The notes under the pieces are model-generated. The model had not been told where the DNA came from. It did not search any database and saw only the letters and a program-made list of their open reading frames with translations. A stretch of DNA of 64,000 nt from an uncultured Candidatus Rokubacteria bacterium (GTDB taxonomy: Bacteria; Methylomirabilota; Methylomirabilia; Rokubacteriales; DASRDR01), in NCBI GenBank assembly GCA_963804185.1, contig CAWDPM010000005.1, positions 298,769 through 362,768 on the forward strand, in the 5' to 3' direction. Each line of letters opens with the position of its first letter. The first letter of the stretch is position 1. Shown piece by piece: positions 49,639 through 60,385 of the stretch. The position numbers and the translations under genes were made by a program.

Positions 49639-50820
49639 TCAGCTCCGGACGTACCGCTGTCCGGTCATCCGCCGTACGAGCCCGCGCAGCTCGAGCGCCG
49701 TGAGCCGCGCCGAGACCTGACCCGATGGCAGGCCGCTCCGCTCCACGACCGCGTCCACCGCGACTGGCTCGTCCCCGAGCATCGCCAGGATCACACGCTC
49801 CCCTGGCTCCACCGCGCCACTGGCTCCCCCGCCCTGCTCCGATGTCGTCGGCAGCCCCCGTAGCGCCCGCCGCCAGTCGGGGGGCCACTCGGCTACCACG
49901 TCTTCCCAGCCTTGGACGAGCTTGGCGCCGTCCTGAATCAAGCCATTCGTACCCTGGCTTCCCGGCAGGGAAACATTCCCGGGCACCGCGTAGACCTCCC
50001 GGCCAAGCTCGCCCGCGCATCGAGCGGTGATCAGGGCGCCGCTCCGCTCGGCTGCTTCGACCACGACCGTACCGAGAGTCAGCCCCGCGATGACCCGGTT
50101 CCGGGCCGGGAAGTGGTGGGGGAGCGGGGACGTGCCCATGGGGAACTGTGACACCACGGCGCCGGCTTCTGCGACCTCGGTCGCCAGGCGCCGGTTCTCG
50201 GGGGGATACACCACGTCCACGCCAGACCCCAGGACAGCGATTGTCCGTCCACCGGCGTCGAGCGCCCCGCGGTGGGCCGCCGTGTCGACGCCCCGAGCCA
50301 AGCCACTTGCCACCGTCACGCCGCGCGCCCCGAGATCAGCGGCCAGCCGCTCAGCCATCCGGAGGCCGTAAGCCGAGCCCCGGCGCGACCCGACGATGGC
50401 CACGGCCAGCCCGTCTTCGCGGAGCAGGCTGCCACGGACCAGCAGGAACGGCGGGGGCAGGTCGATCGGCCGGAGCGAGACAGGATAGTCCGAGTCGCTC
50501 AGCAAGACCAGCCGTGTCGCGCATCTGGCCGCCGCAGCCGCCTGCTCGCGCGCCGCCCGTCGCCAGTCGAAGGCCCTCAGGGCCGCGGCGGCCTCCTTCC
50601 CCACGGCGTCCGTGAGCGTCCGGTGAGACGCCCGGAAGACGTCCGCGGGCGGGCCGAGGCGCAACAGGTCGTGAAAGCGCCGGGCATTGCCGGCGATCTC
50701 GCGGACCAAGGCCATGGCCACCCATGCCCATCGCTCGTCGGTCATCGTCTCCGCCTCGAGCGGCGCCACATCGTGCTGAGAGACACTAAACATGTGCAAA
50801 GCAAGCGCCATCATATACAC
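49639..50820 (-). CDS. dprA: DNA-processing protein DprA (Smf)
   Basis: Rossmann-like DprA core VAIVGSRRGSAYGLRMAERLAADLGARGVTVASGLARGVDTAAH...VLGSGVDVVYP. Confidence 0.88.
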   Translation of the reverse strand: MYMMALALHMFSVSQHDVAPLEAETMTDERWAWVAMALVREIAGNARRFHDLLRLGPPADVFRASHRTLTDAVGKEAAAALRAFDWRRAAREQAAAAARCATRLVLLSDSDYPVSLRPIDLPPPFLLVRGSLLREDGLAVAIVGSRRGSAYGLRMAERLAADLGARGVTVASGLARGVDTAAHRGALDAGGRTIAVLGSGVDVVYPPENRRLATEVAEAGAVVSQFPMGTSPLPHHFPARNRVIAGLTLGTVVVEAAERSGALITARCAGELGREVYAVPGNVSLPGSQGTNGLIQDGAKLVQGWEDVVAEWPPDWRRALRGLPTTSEQGGGASGAVEPGERVILAMLGDEPVAVDAVVERSGLPSGQVSARLTALELRGLVRRMTGQRYVRS

Positions 50821-50915
50821 CGCCTCGGAGCAAGGTCAAGGAAAGGGGCGTCCAGTGGAAGGGGTTGGATGACAGGATTCGTCCGTATTGATCGGCCCTT
50901 TGGTAGGTGATGCTG

Positions 50916-51800
50916 CTATCGAGGCTCCGCCGGACGGACCGCCCGGCTCGGCTGTCGCAGCACTGCACGCACGCGGAGGGCCGCCTCGCTGTCCGGAAAG
51001 TCCCGCACAAGTCGGGCCCACACCTCCCGTGCCCGGTCCTCGCGGCCGAGCGAGCGGAACGCGAGACCGAGCCGGAGCAGTGCGTCGGGCGTTCGCTCCC
51101 CGGTCGCTGCGAGGTCGATCGCCTTCTGGTACTTGTTGGCAGCCTGCTCGAAGTCCCGGCTTCGGAAGTAGGCTTCCCCGATCCAGAAATGGGCGCTGGC
51201 CGCGAGCGGGTGCCCCTGGTGCTTGTCCGAGAACTCCTCGAAGTCCAGCACTGCCTGGCCGAGCTCCCCTGCGCGGAAGCTTTCCATCCCCCGATCGAAG
51301 AGCTCCTCGGCCGAGATGGAGGGTCCCCCCTGACGGGCTCTGGAGGGTCCCGCCCGAGGGACGGCCGCCACGCTCGAGCTCCCCGCCTCCAGCCTGGCGA
51401 ACTGCTCGGCCAAGGTGGAGACGGCGACCTCCATCCCCGCGATGCTGTCGGCCAGCTCCTCGACCCGCCGCTCCGTGGTCGACAGATGGCTGGCCATCGT
51501 CTCCTGGTCTTGCCGGGCTCGCGCTTCCTCCGCCCCCCGGGCCGCCGCCGCGCTTCCGAGTCCGGCCTCGATCACCGCGCGCACCCCGGCGACCTCCTCC
51601 TGGAGCCCACGGAGATCCGTACGCAGCCCATCGATTCCCCTTCGCAGGTCGGACAGGGCGGCGTCCTGTCGGACCATGTCCTCGCGGAGGGTGCCAGTGC
51701 ATCCGGCGGATCCGACCATCAGGCCGGCGGCGAGAATCCGCGCCCCGAGTCTCGCCGTGGAGCGCGGCCGCGGTCGTCTGCCGGTACCGCCTTCCCTCAC
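50916..51800 (-). CDS. Tol-Pal-associated periplasmic lipoprotein CpoB/YbgF-like (coiled coil + TPR)
   Basis: Lipobox ...GLMVGSAGC, long coiled coil, C-terminal TPR (HFWIGEAYFRSRDFEQAANKYQKAIDL). Confidence 0.65.
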   Translation of the reverse strand: MREGGTGRRPRPRSTARLGARILAAGLMVGSAGCTGTLREDMVRQDAALSDLRRGIDGLRTDLRGLQEEVAGVRAVIEAGLGSAAAARGAEEARARQDQETMASHLSTTERRVEELADSIAGMEVAVSTLAEQFARLEAGSSSVAAVPRAGPSRARQGGPSISAEELFDRGMESFRAGELGQAVLDFEEFSDKHQGHPLAASAHFWIGEAYFRSRDFEQAANKYQKAIDLAATGERTPDALLRLGLAFRSLGREDRAREVWARLVRDFPDSEAALRVRAVLRQPSRAVRPAEPR

Positions 51801-52504
51801 GCGTTGATCGCCGCTTCGGCACGCGCCGGGCTACCCATCCGGCGTTCGAGGGCCCGGCTCCAGAGCGACATCCCGTAGCACAGCACCCAGTAGACGACCG
51901 CGATGAACAGGTAGAGCTCGAAAGGCCGGATCTCCCGCTGGTTGACGGTCTGGGCGGCCTTCGTGAGGTCCATGTAGCCGATGATGGAGGCGAGCGAGGT
52001 GTCCTTGACCAGGATGATGAACTGCGTGACGAGCGAGGGCAGCATGTTCCGCACCGCCTGCGGCAGGACGACGTGCCGCATCGTGGGTGCGTAGCTCAGC
52101 CCGGTCGCCTGGGCAGCTTCGACCTGGCCGCGGGGGACGGACTGGATGCCGGCGCGAATGATCTCCCCGAGGTAGGCCGCCTCGAACACGACGAAAGCGA
52201 CGAGGGCCACCCAGTACTGGGGCAGCGGCACCCCGGTCGCGATCGGGATGAAGAACCAGAACCAGAACACCACCATCACCAGCGGCACACCCCGGATCAC
52301 CTGCACGTAGAGGGATGCGGGGTAGTAGAGCCAGCGGTAACGGGAAAGGCGGGCGAGCGCGACGCCCACCCCCAGGACGAAGCCGAGAACGATGGCTGGA
52401 ATCGCCAAGGCCAGCGTTCCGCCCCCAAAGGCACCGATCCCGAGCAATCCCTGGACGAGGAGGAACCGCCAGTTCGTCAGGATCACGCCGAAATCGAGGC
52501 TCAA
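51797..52504 (-). CDS. Amino-acid ABC transporter permease
   Basis: Polar amino-acid permease fold with EAA-like loop GLSYAPTMRHVVLPQAVRNMLP. Confidence 0.85.
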   Translation of the reverse strand: MSLDFGVILTNWRFLLVQGLLGIGAFGGGTLALAIPAIVLGFVLGVGVALARLSRYRWLYYPASLYVQVIRGVPLVMVVFWFWFFIPIATGVPLPQYWVALVAFVVFEAAYLGEIIRAGIQSVPRGQVEAAQATGLSYAPTMRHVVLPQAVRNMLPSLVTQFIILVKDTSLASIIGYMDLTKAAQTVNQREIRPFELYLFIAVVYWVLCYGMSLWSRALERRMGSPARAEAAINA

Positions 52505-53247
52505 TGTTCGCCTCCCGCACTTCGGACGATGAGGCCCGGGATTGCGACCCGGCGCTCGATCCGCCCCATCAATGCCGACACGCCCAGACAGAGCCCCAGG
52601 TAGATGAGGGTTCCCGCGGTGAGAGCCTCGAAGCCCTTCGCCGTGTAGCTCTCGATCTGCCGGGTCATGAACGTCGTTTCCGCGACGCTGATGGTGAGCG
52701 CCAGCGAGGAGTTCTTGAGCAGGTTGAGGGACTCATTGGTGAGCGGCGGCACGATGAGCCGGAGCGCGATGGGGAGCAGAACCAGCCGGTACGCCTGGAT
52801 CAGGCTGAGACCGGTGGACAGCGCCGCCTCGAGCTGCGTGGCCGGGACCGACTGTATGCCCGCGCGCACGACCTCCGCCAGCCGGGCCCCGTGGTAGACA
52901 CCGAGGGCGGCCACGGCGGCCAGGAGCTCGCCACCCGAACGGTTGAGCCAGTCCTGCGCACCGAGGGGCAGGAGCTGGGGAACGCCGAAGTACCAGAAGA
53001 ACATCCAGACCAGGAGCGGCACGTTGCGGAAGAACTCGACGTAGACGGCCCCCGCGCTCCGCAGAAGGCGAGAGGGCGCCGTCCGGACCGCCCCGAAGAC
53101 CCCGCCCAGCACGGCGGCAATCACCCAACTGAGGACGGTCAGCTTGAGCGTCGTCAGGATGCCGAACAGGAGCCACTCGAGGTACGGGCTCGTCCAGAGA
53201 ATGCTCCACTCGAACCGGTACGCGAGGGCGAAGAACGGGCGCGGCAT
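52501..53247 (-). CDS. Amino-acid ABC transporter permease (second subunit)
   Basis: Paralogous permease. GLSLIQAYRLVLLPIALRLIVPPLTN. Confidence 0.85.
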   Translation of the reverse strand: MPRPFFALAYRFEWSILWTSPYLEWLLFGILTTLKLTVLSWVIAAVLGGVFGAVRTAPSRLLRSAGAVYVEFFRNVPLLVWMFFWYFGVPQLLPLGAQDWLNRSGGELLAAVAALGVYHGARLAEVVRAGIQSVPATQLEAALSTGLSLIQAYRLVLLPIALRLIVPPLTNESLNLLKNSSLALTISVAETTFMTRQIESYTAKGFEALTAGTLIYLGLCLGVSALMGRIERRVAIPGLIVRSAGGEH

Positions 53248-53301
53248 GGATAGTCACCGCGGGGCCCCGACCGGCGGCCGGAGCCCCGCGACGATGGTCA
53301 C

Positions 53302-54165
53302 TCAGCGCGGGATGACCTGCATCTGAAGGAAGATACGGGCCGTCTCGGAAAGCGGGTAAGGCACCTCGCCCTGAGCGCCGAACCACTTGTCGTAGAGCTT
53401 CTGGTACTCGCCGCTCTCGATCGCCTCCATGAGCGTGAAGTCCACCAGATTACGGAAGTCGCTGTCGCTCTTCCGCATCGCCATGCCATAGGGCTCGTAG
53501 GTGAAGAACTCGCCGACCACGTTCCACTCGGCCGGCGTGGGGGCCTTCGCCTTGAGCCCGGCCAGCTGGACTCCGTCGTTGGTGTATGCGTCAATCTTGC
53601 CCTGGACCAGCGCGGTGAACGCCGCGGGCTGGTCGGGGAAGACGACCAGCTGGGCCTGCGGGTACTTCTCGCGAAGGACCTTTTCGTTGGTGGAGCCCTG
53701 CTGGGCGCCGATGCGCTTGCCGGCGATGCTCTGCACCCCCCGGATGGGGCTCCCCTTCTTCACGAGAAACTGGGCGCCGGTGACGAAGAACACGGCGCTG
53801 AAGTCCAGGCTATCCCGCCGGGCCCGCGTGATGGTCATCGTCCCCGCGATCAGGTCCACGGCGCCGCTCGTGAGGAGGGGGATCCGCGTCGCCGGCGTGG
53901 ACTCCTTGAGCTCGAACTTCACCGGTTTGCCTATCTTCTTCTCGACGCTCGCGTGGACCAGCTTCGCAAGGTCGACGGAGAAGCCGCCCCAGTTGTTGTT
54001 CTTGTCGATGAACCCGAAGGGCGGGGACCCGGTCCGCGTCCCCACCGTGAACGTCTCCGTGCGCCCGATCTTCTCGAGCGTCGTCTCCGCCAGGGCCGCA
54101 CCGGCTCCCGCGAGGATTCCCAGGGCCAGTCCCGCCGCCACGATCCGCCCCACCAGTGTCGCCAT
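53302..54165 (-). CDS. Amino-acid ABC transporter substrate-binding protein
   Basis: ATG at 54165 with SD AAGGGAG. Signal peptide. Family-3 SBP fold. Confidence 0.85.
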   Translation of the reverse strand: MATLVGRIVAAGLALGILAGAGAALAETTLEKIGRTETFTVGTRTGSPPFGFIDKNNNWGGFSVDLAKLVHASVEKKIGKPVKFELKESTPATRIPLLTSGAVDLIAGTMTITRARRDSLDFSAVFFVTGAQFLVKKGSPIRGVQSIAGKRIGAQQGSTNEKVLREKYPQAQLVVFPDQPAAFTALVQGKIDAYTNDGVQLAGLKAKAPTPAEWNVVGEFFTYEPYGMAMRKSDSDFRNLVDFTLMEAIESGEYQKLYDKWFGAQGEVPYPLSETARIFLQMQVIPR

Positions 54166-54193
54166 TGCTGTCGCTCCCTTCCCCCGCCGTCCG

Positions 54194-54940
54194 TCAGTGG
54201 GCGAGGACTTTCGACAGGAACTGCCGCGTCCGTTCGTGCCGCGGCCGGTCGAAGAACGTGTCCGGCGCCGCCTCCTCCACGACACGCCCCTCATCCATGA
54301 AGACCACGCGATGCGCCACCTTGCGGGCGAAGCCCATCTCGTGGGTCACCACCGCCATCGTCATCCCCTCGCGAGCGAGGGCCACCATCACGTCCAGGAC
54401 CTCGGTGATCATCTCGGGGTCCAAGGCGGAGGTCGGCTCGTCAAAGAGCATGATCTTCGGCTGCATGGCGAGGGCTCGCGCGATCGCCACTCGCTGCTGC
54501 TGACCACCGGAGAGCTGGGCCGGATACGCCGCGGCCTTGTCCGGGATGTCAACCTTGACGAGGAGATCCATCGCGATCCGATCCGCCTCCGCGCGCGGGC
54601 GCCCTCGTGCCCGGATCGGCGCCAGCGTGACGTTCTCCAGCACGGTCATGTGCGGGTAGAGGTTGAACTGCTGGAAGACCATGCCGATGTCAGCCCGGAG
54701 CCGCGGCAGATCGATGCCGGGCGCCTGCACATCGCGCCCGTCCACGGTGAGCCGGCCGGACTGGATCGGCTCGAGCCGGTTCACACAGCGGATCAGGGTG
54801 CTCTTGCCCGATCCGCTGGGCCCGCACACCACGAGGACCTCGCCCCGGGCGACGTCTAGGTCAACGTCCTTGAGGACGTGGAGCCTGCCGAACCACTTGT
54901 TCACCTGCTCGAAGCGGATGATCGGGTCGCCTGCCGACAT
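54194..54940 (-). CDS. Amino-acid ABC transporter ATP-binding protein
   Basis: Walker [10 protein letters not shown], signature [15 protein letters not shown], Walker [13 protein letters not shown]. Confidence 0.9.
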   Translation of the reverse strand: MSAGDPIIRFEQVNKWFGRLHVLKDVDLDVARGEVLVVCGPSGSGKSTLIRCVNRLEPIQSGRLTVDGRDVQAPGIDLPRLRADIGMVFQQFNLYPHMTVLENVTLAPIRARGRPRAEADRIAMDLLVKVDIPDKAAAYPAQLSGGQQQRVAIARALAMQPKIMLFDEPTSALDPEMITEVLDVMVALAREGMTMAVVTHEMGFARKVAHRVVFMDEGRVVEEAAPDTFFDRPRHERTRQFLSKVLAH

Positions 54941-55225
54941 CGGTCTCCTTGCCTCGCGGCCTCATGCAGGGAGGGCCCACCCGCGGCCGGACTCGCCGCG
55001 CAGGCTGTCCCCCGAGCGAGCACCCGGGGGACGACGGCAGCCGCGAGCGACGAGGCGTCGCTCTTGCGGAGTATAGCCGGCCGTCCGGGGGCTCACAAGC
55101 GGAGACGCCGGGACGACTTCCGCCCGAAGGTGCGGCTGGAGCGTAACTAGCGCGCATCGATCGAGACCGGCTCGGGCTGGCTGGCGCGCTTGCCGTCGTG
55201 ATGGGGCGCGGCTAAGATCGCCGCC

Positions 55226-56223
55226 GTGGAGATCTCTGGCGTCGTCCCGATGGGCAGCGCGCTTCTCGCGGGGCTGCTCTTCGGCTACTGCGCGCAGCGC
55301 GGCGGCTTCTGCCTGACCCGGGCCCTCTCCAACTGGGTCCTCATGGGCGACACGGCGATCCTGCGCGCCTACGTTCTTGCGCTCGTGGTCGCCATCGTCG
55401 GCGTCCACGTGCTCGAGCTTGGCCTGGTCGAATCGATCCCGGTCCGACCGTTCCGCTGGCTCGCCAACGTCGCCGGCGGCTTCGTCTTCGGAGTGGGCAT
55501 GATCCTCGGCGGCGGATGCGCCGGCAGCTCCTGGTACCGTCTGGGGGAAGGTGCGCTGGGCGCCTGGGTGGTCTTGCTCGGATTCGCGATCGGGGCGAGC
55601 GCCGCGAGTGTCGGGATCCTGCAACCGGCCCGGCTCGCCCTCCAGGCTTACGAGTACGCCCTCGACGACCAGCCGGCGACTCTCGACGCCGTCCTGGGGC
55701 TTCCGGCGTGGCCGGTCATCGTCGTCCTCGTCCTCGCGCTGGGGGTCTGGCTGGTCCGCAACCGCCCCGAGGAGTCCGGCCACGGGAAGTGGCGCTGGCC
55801 GGTCACCGGCGGTGCCATCGGACTGGTCATCGTCCTGGGCTGGTACCTCTCGACCCTGGGGGGAGCCCGACCGGGATCACCTTCGCCTCCAACACCGGGC
55901 ACCTCCTGACATACCCCCTCGTGGGCTATCCGAACCGGGTCACGTGGGGCATGGTGCTGCTCATCGGGGTCGTCGCTGGCGCGGCGCTCGCTGCGTGGCG
56001 GGCGGGCGAGTTCGCGTGGAAGCCCGTGCCGGGCTTCACGATCGTGAAGATCTTCGTCGGTGGGCTCATCATGGGCGTGGGCGCCCTGGTTGCTGATGGA
56101 TGCAACGTCACCCAGGGCCTCACGAACTCCGCCACCCTGGCCCTCGGAAGCCTGACGGCGTTCGCGTCCATGCTCGCCGGCGGCTGGGTGGCGCTATGGG
56201 CACTCTTCTCGCGCTCCGGGTAG
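55226..56223 (+). CDS. YeeE/YedE-family sulfur-compound (thiosulfate) transporter; -1 frameshift in a G6 run near 55860
   Basis: Conserved Cys motifs GGFCLTRAL, GGGCAGSSWYRLGEG, ADGCNVTQGLT. Frames 55226.. and 55516..56223 join at ctggggggagcccgacc. Confidence 0.7.
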
Positions 56224-56302
56224 CGATGCTCGCCCGGATCACTTCGTGGATCCCTGCGGCCGGGCCCTGCCGAGAGCCGGGCGGACCCGTTCGGTTCAGG
56301 CC

Positions 56303-56905
56303 CTACCGCAGGGTCGAGTAGTATGCCGCGAGGTCCGCGAGCGTCTCGTCGGATAGGGTCCGGATCAGGAGCTTCACCGCCTTGAGGGATTCGTCGCCGG
56401 GGCTCCGCTGGTCCTGCTTGAACAGCAAGAGCTGGTTCCGCAGGTAGCCGGACGGCTGGCCCGTGAGGTCCGGGATCAGCTTCACGCGGTCGCCCTTTCC
56501 GTCGGCGCCGTGGCACACGGCGCACTGGGCGGCGGCTTTCCGTCCCCGCTCCACCGCTGCGGCGTCCGCCTTGACCGGCGTCGGCTGCCGGACCTGGCTC
56601 GCGAAGTACGCGGCGATGTCGTCCACGCCGAAATGGAGCGCCATCTTGCCATAGGGCTCCATCTCGGGTGACAGCCGGCGACCCGCCGCGTAGTCCCCGA
56701 GCGCCTTCTTCAGGTACGCCGCGTCGGCACCCGCCAGGATCGGCACGGTCTCTCCGCGACTGTTCCCCGCGAAGCCGTGGCACGCGCTGCACACGAGGGC
56801 CTTCTGCGCGCCCGGTCCGTCGAGGGGACCTGCAAAGACGGCGGTGGCGGTGAGGCACAGCGCCCACCCGGTTGCGCCGAACAGCAGCCGTAGTAGTGTC
56901 GGCAT
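56303..56905 (-). CDS. fccA: Dihaem cytochrome c, flavocytochrome-c sulfide dehydrogenase cytochrome subunit type
   Basis: Signal peptide. Two CxxCH (CSACHG, CAVCHG). SD AGGAGAG. Immediately downstream of fccB. Confidence 0.65.
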   Translation of the reverse strand: MPTLLRLLFGATGWALCLTATAVFAGPLDGPGAQKALVCSACHGFAGNSRGETVPILAGADAAYLKKALGDYAAGRRLSPEMEPYGKMALHFGVDDIAAYFASQVRQPTPVKADAAAVERGRKAAAQCAVCHGADGKGDRVKLIPDLTGQPSGYLRNQLLLFKQDQRSPGDESLKAVKLLIRTLSDETLADLAAYYSTLR

Positions 56906-56918
56906 CGCGCTCTCCTGT

Positions 56919-58199
56919 CTAGCCGAGGACGTCATTCCAGATGCTGGCACGCCACGCGAGGGAGTTCTGCGCCACCGACACCGTCGCACGGGGGGTCAGC
57001 TTCTGCTCGATCTGCACGACCTTCCCGTTGTCGATGCGGTACGCGTTCACGACGGCGATGGCCTCGCGGTCGCTGACCCAGCTGTAGCAGGTGTTGCCGG
57101 GGGCGAGGACCGGGGGCTCCTTGCCGTTCAGCAGGTGAACAATGGCCGTCGCGCAGATCTTGCCCGTCGCGTTCGCGATGTTGCCCGACTTCGGCACCGG
57201 CAGCCCGCTCGTGGCGTCCCCGATGACGTGCACGCCCGGCCGCTTCAGTGACTCGAAGGTGACGTGGTTCACCTCGCACCACCGGTTGTTGGCGTCGGCC
57301 AGGCCGGCCTGGATGGCGATGGCGCTCGCCTGCTGGGGCGGGATCAGGTTGAGCACGTCGTACTTGACCCGGTCCCCGATGGCCGGAACGACTTCGCGCG
57401 TCGTGAGGTCGACCCGTTCGATCTTGCTCGTCGGGCGGAAGTCGAGGTTCGGATAGCTCCGGAAGGCCGCCTTGAAGAGGGCGGTCTTCGAGACGATGTC
57501 GTTGTTTGCGTCGAGGACTATGAGCTTGGCCCCGGGCTTCTTCGTCTTGAGGTACCAGGCGATCTGGCAGGCCCGCTCGTACGGGCCCGGGGGGCAGCGA
57601 AAGGGCGCGGGAGGCACCGTCATGAGGACCACGCCGTTGTCGGGCACCGCCTGGAGCCGGCGGGCCAGTTCGACCGTCTGCGGCCCCGCCTTCCAGGCAT
57701 GGAGGATGGTGCTCTCCTGGCCAGCGACACCCTCGACCTGGTCCCACATGAAGTCGACGCCCGGCGCCACGACCAGGCGGTCATACTCGAGGTAGCCCTC
57801 GCCGATGCGCACGCGCCTGGTGTCGGGCTCGACGGCCGTCGCGGCTTCGTGGCGGACCTTGACCCCGTGCGCCCGCAAGCGGTCGTACCCAAGCGTGAGG
57901 GCGTCGATCGACTCGACCCCGCTCAGGACCAGGTTGCTGAAGGGGCACGAGACGAACGTGCGGCTTGGCTCGAGGAGGATGACCTCGATGGAGGGGTCCT
58001 GGAGCCGGACGTACTTGGCCGCCGTCCCGCCACCCCAGCCCCCGCCGATGACCACCACGCGACGCCCCGACTTCCTCGCGAGATCGCCCTTGACGGGGGT
58101 CGCGCACCCCGTAAGGCCACTGCCGGCGACTGCGCCCACTCCGATCCCGCCTGCCGCCGCCCGAAGAAAGTCTCTCCGCGAGAGCTGCGTCATGGCCAC
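56919..58199 (-). CDS. fccB: Flavocytochrome-c sulfide dehydrogenase flavoprotein subunit
   Basis: Tat signal RRDFLRAAAGG, FAD motif VVVIGGGWGGGTAA, full-length FCSD flavoprotein architecture. Confidence 0.82.
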   Translation of the reverse strand: MAMTQLSRRDFLRAAAGGIGVGAVAGSGLTGCATPVKGDLARKSGRRVVVIGGGWGGGTAAKYVRLQDPSIEVILLEPSRTFVSCPFSNLVLSGVESIDALTLGYDRLRAHGVKVRHEAATAVEPDTRRVRIGEGYLEYDRLVVAPGVDFMWDQVEGVAGQESTILHAWKAGPQTVELARRLQAVPDNGVVLMTVPPAPFRCPPGPYERACQIAWYLKTKKPGAKLIVLDANNDIVSKTALFKAAFRSYPNLDFRPTSKIERVDLTTREVVPAIGDRVKYDVLNLIPPQQASAIAIQAGLADANNRWCEVNHVTFESLKRPGVHVIGDATSGLPVPKSGNIANATGKICATAIVHLLNGKEPPVLAPGNTCYSWVSDREAIAVVNAYRIDNGKVVQIEQKLTPRATVSVAQNSLAWRASIWNDVLG

Positions 58200-58215
58200 C
58201 TCCGTGGGGGGTTGA

Positions 58216-58962
58216 TCATACGCGGATCGCCTGTGACGCTTCCCAGTGCTGCTCTTCGCTGTTCACGAACTGGACGCGCAGGGTCGCCGGGCTCGTCACC
58301 TTGAGGGGGAAGCGGATCAACGGGTTCGGGCTCACCGCCGACGTCATCTGGAACTCGCACACACGCTGGTCGTCGAGCCAGACGGTCATTCGCTTCACGT
58401 AGTACTCGGGCAGTTCGCGGACGAAACGCCCCTGCTTGAGGACGAGCCCCGTGTGCGATCCGTGGATCACCCGGGCGCGAACCTCGAACGGCTCGCCGAG
58501 CTTCACGGCGCGAGGCAGGCGAAGGTCGGGACTGCCCACTCGGTCGCGGGCACCACGCTCGGGCGGGGTGCTGCACCCACCCTCCACGACCCGAACCTCA
58601 CGTGACGCGACGAACTCGCCGTGGCGGCTGCAAACCGCGACGGCCTTGACCAGGCCCCCGGTGCCCGAGCGCATCTGATACGCCACCCAGGCGCGGCCGT
58701 TGGCCGGCAGGAAGAGGAACTTGCCCTTGGCTGGTACTGGATCACGCTCAATGCTCACCTCGATGGACTGGATGTAGTGGTCGGGCTCCATCGGGTGCTC
58801 CACGCCCACCCGGATGGGCACCGATGCAGGTTCCTCGGACAGGAGCGGCACATCGAGGTCGATTCGGTGCTCTCGCTCCGAGCGGGATTGCGCGTGGGCC
58901 CGCCTCGACATCCCAGCGACGACTCCCGTCGTGATGACCCTCAAGAAGGCTCGACGTTCCAT
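58216..58962 (-). CDS. SoxY-SoxZ fusion protein (thiosulfate-oxidation carrier)
   Basis: Tat signal MERRAFLRVITTGVVAGMSRRAHA. SoxY-like half ending VRVVEGGC (carrier Cys now internal). SoxZ-like second half. Confidence 0.6.
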   Translation of the reverse strand: MERRAFLRVITTGVVAGMSRRAHAQSRSEREHRIDLDVPLLSEEPASVPIRVGVEHPMEPDHYIQSIEVSIERDPVPAKGKFLFLPANGRAWVAYQMRSGTGGLVKAVAVCSRHGEFVASREVRVVEGGCSTPPERGARDRVGSPDLRLPRAVKLGEPFEVRARVIHGSHTGLVLKQGRFVRELPEYYVKRMTVWLDDQRVCEFQMTSAVSPNPLIRFPLKVTSPATLRVQFVNSEEQHWEASQAIRV

Positions 58963-59027
58963 TCCACCAATCCTATCGACAATACGATTATAGGGCAATG
59001 ACTTTGCCCACACGTGCCGCAAGGCGA

Positions 59028-60257
59028 TCACCCATCACTCCTTAGCAACTCATCGCTCAGGAGCAGGATGACCTCGACCTCGCCGTCGACGGGAATTCGC
59101 GTATCCCCAGGAACGACGGCGAGACCGTCGGCCAGGAGCATGGATCGCAGGATGGCGGAGCCTTGCTCCCCGGTCGGCCTGGCCCCTACTCCCCCGGCCA
59201 GTGGTTCCAGCCGGACTCGCAGGTATCCGGGTCGACTGCCGGGATTGTCGATCGGCTCAAGGGCCCGAGCCCGTATGCGAGGCCGTACCAGGGTCCGGTG
59301 CCCGCCCAGCCGCCGGAGGACTGGGCGGACGAACATCTCGAAGGTCACCATGCTGGACACGGGGTTTCCCGGAAGCCCGAAGAAGAGACGCTCGCCGACC
59401 CGGCCAAAGGTGAGGGGCTTGCCCGGCCGCATGTTCACCTTCCAGAAGTCCAGGCGGGCACCCAGGACCTCCACGGCCTCACGGACCAAGTCCCTGTCGC
59501 CCACGGACACCCCCGCGGAGGACACGAGCACGTCCGCCTCCAGCCCTTTCCTGAGGCGCTCCACGATCTCTTCGCGCCGGTCGCGTGCGATTCCGAGGGT
59601 CAGCGGGACGGCTCCGGCCTCGGTGACAAGGCCACCGAGCGCGTACGTGTTCGAATCCGGAATCTGGCCGGGCCCGGGAGGAACCTCGGGCTCGACGAGC
59701 TCGTCGCCCGTCGACAGGACAGCGACGACCGGGCGCCGGTAGACGTCGACGCGAGCTCGACCCAGCGCCGCGAGCACCCCGAGCGCGGCGGGGCGGAGCA
59801 CGGTCCCCGGCTCGAGCACCCGATCGCCCGGACGGATGTCTTCTCCGCGGGGGCGCACGTATGCGCCCGGCTGCACCGGCCGCTCAAGCGTGACGTGTCC
59901 GCGATCACGGCGAACCTCTTCCTGGGGCACGACGGCATCGCTCCCGGGAGGCAACGGCGCACCGGTGAGGATTCGGTACGCCTGGCCCGGACCGACCTCC
60001 TTCGTCGCGACGGCCCCCGCCGCCACCTCCCCCACGACCGTGAGCGTCACCGGGCGTCCGCCGCTGGCCGCCCGGGTATCGGCCGCCCGCACGGCATAAC
60101 CGTCCATCGACGAGTTGTCCCAGGGCGGGATCTCCCGCCCCGCGACCACCGGTTCGGCGACGACGCGGCCGAGGGCAGCGGCGAGTGGGACGCTTTCGTG
60201 GCCCAGGACGGACACGCCCGCAAGCACACGCTCCAGGGCCTCCGCGACAGATAGCAC
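59028..60257 (-). CDS. moeA: Molybdopterin molybdenumtransferase
   Basis: PWDNSSMDGYAVRAAD, GEVAAG, GGVSVGDRD motifs. Confidence 0.9.
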   Translation of the reverse strand: MLSVAEALERVLAGVSVLGHESVPLAAALGRVVAEPVVAGREIPPWDNSSMDGYAVRAADTRAASGGRPVTLTVVGEVAAGAVATKEVGPGQAYRILTGAPLPPGSDAVVPQEEVRRDRGHVTLERPVQPGAYVRPRGEDIRPGDRVLEPGTVLRPAALGVLAALGRARVDVYRRPVVAVLSTGDELVEPEVPPGPGQIPDSNTYALGGLVTEAGAVPLTLGIARDRREEIVERLRKGLEADVLVSSAGVSVGDRDLVREAVEVLGARLDFWKVNMRPGKPLTFGRVGERLFFGLPGNPVSSMVTFEMFVRPVLRRLGGHRTLVRPRIRARALEPIDNPGSRPGYLRVRLEPLAGGVGARPTGEQGSAILRSMLLADGLAVVPGDTRIPVDGEVEVILLLSDELLRSDG

Positions 60258-60385
60258 CGCTGCGCTCCTTTGGTCGGGCCGAGAGGGTCAGCTCCGCGGC
60301 CAGTGTAGAGCCTATCTCGGGGCTTGGGGAGAGCCTTGCGGCCGTCCGCAACGCCGATCGCTGACGGTGCCGGGCGCGGCCGGGT

